DNA from: Propionibacterium ruminifibrarum
GTDB lineage: Bacteria; Actinomycetota; Actinomycetes; Propionibacteriales; Propionibacteriaceae
DNA: 32,000 bases
Assembly: GCF_900289195.1 (NCBI RefSeq)
Contig: NZ_OMOH01000003.1
Location: 337,099-369,098 of the forward strand
Reading direction: 5' to 3'
The position numbers and the translations under genes were made by a program. Shown piece after piece: positions 31,649 through 32,000 of the stretch (position 1 is the first letter of the stretch; each line of letters begins with the position of its first letter). A model generated the notes under the pieces. The model saw nothing but the letters and a program-made list of their open reading frames with translations. It was not told the origin of the DNA and made no database searches.

Positions 31649-32000
31649 ACCAGCAGGCCCTCGGCGCAGCGGCCCCGGCCGAGCGGGTCCCACCGTGATC
31701 CGGCAAGGACCGGTTCGGTGACAGCCTGTCCGGTAAGATGAACAAGGTTCCAAGCAGTGCCCCACCTGATGCGCTGCGCGGCGCCCAGCGAGGCAGCCGT
31801 ACCGTTCCCCGAGAAGATAGGCGCGTCGAGTGGCCCACAGTTCCATCGCCCTGCCCGCAGGTACGCCCGCGCAGACCACCGCTGCCACGGCGCGCCGTGG
31901 GGATATTCAGGGTTTGCGTGCGGTGTGCATGATGCAGGTGTTGGCTTATCATGCGTGGACGGTTGGTTCGCCGATTGGTGTGGATGCGTTCATCATGATC

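Noticed and set aside
31650-31900. Cobalamin or c-di-AMP riboswitch-like strings near the window end (CGGTGACAGCC...GTCCGGTAAG, AGGCAGCCGTACCG).
   Set aside because: The matches to the B12-box and core consensus are partial and out of register on either strand. The regulated gene would lie outside the window. Not callable by eye.
1-32000. CRISPR arrays, IS elements, transposases, integrases, tRNA/rRNA genes and defence systems.
   Set aside because: I found no regularly spaced direct repeats, no transposase- or integrase-like translations in any frame of the ORF track, and no tRNA-like cloverleaf or rRNA signature. The low-GC island therefore has no visible mobility gene.

Overview
High-G+C actinobacterial chromosome segment. 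A Propionibacteriales-like origin is only a guess from composition and gene content. No rRNA, tRNA, CRISPR array, transposase or integrase was recognised. The window is mostly one large sugar, polyol and acid-sugar catabolic supercluster, followed by a pyruvate formate-lyase locus.

Gene order:
1. 1-7018: rpiB, a divergent TIM-family isomerase, a divergent GntR/FCD regulator, an ACS-type MFS transporter, a TIM-barrel sugar-phosphate isomerase/epimerase, an NAD(P) oxidoreductase and a fused DhaK-DhaL kinase. This looks like a tetrose, tetritol or tetronate module.
2. About 7100-12800: a visibly lower-G+C island with an ACS-MFS transporter, an SDR, L-rhamnonate dehydratase (rhmD), 2-keto-3-deoxy-L-rhamnonate aldolase (rhmA) and a convergent GntR regulator.
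3. 13136-21353: a DeoR regulator, a 610-nt non-coding leader, an uncharacterised polytopic membrane protein, a HAD-IIA phosphatase, an FGGY kinase, a glycerol-1-phosphate-dehydrogenase-like enzyme and L-ribulokinase.
4. 21618-26036: a second TIM-barrel isomerase/epimerase, a 3-hydroxyacyl-CoA-dehydrogenase-family enzyme, a third ACS-MFS transporter and a second, paralogous GntR regulator.
5. 26143-27636: a BadF-type kinase and a NUDIX hydrolase.
6. 27938-31648: the PFL locus and a hypothetical gene.

Most interesting observations:
- The PFL appears naturally split into a catalytic core ORF and a separate 83-aa glycyl-radical-domain ORF, followed by the activase.
- An araB/araL/araM-like set sits with a second FGGY kinase and an unknown membrane protein behind a long leader.
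- About 100 nt of promoter plus the first 13 codons of the 21618 gene is duplicated at the left edge of the low-GC rhamnonate island.
- Every role of a Brucella-type erythritol route is present except EryB, with the G1PDH-like enzyme as a candidate replacement.

All functional calls come from motif and family recognition by eye. No database search was run.
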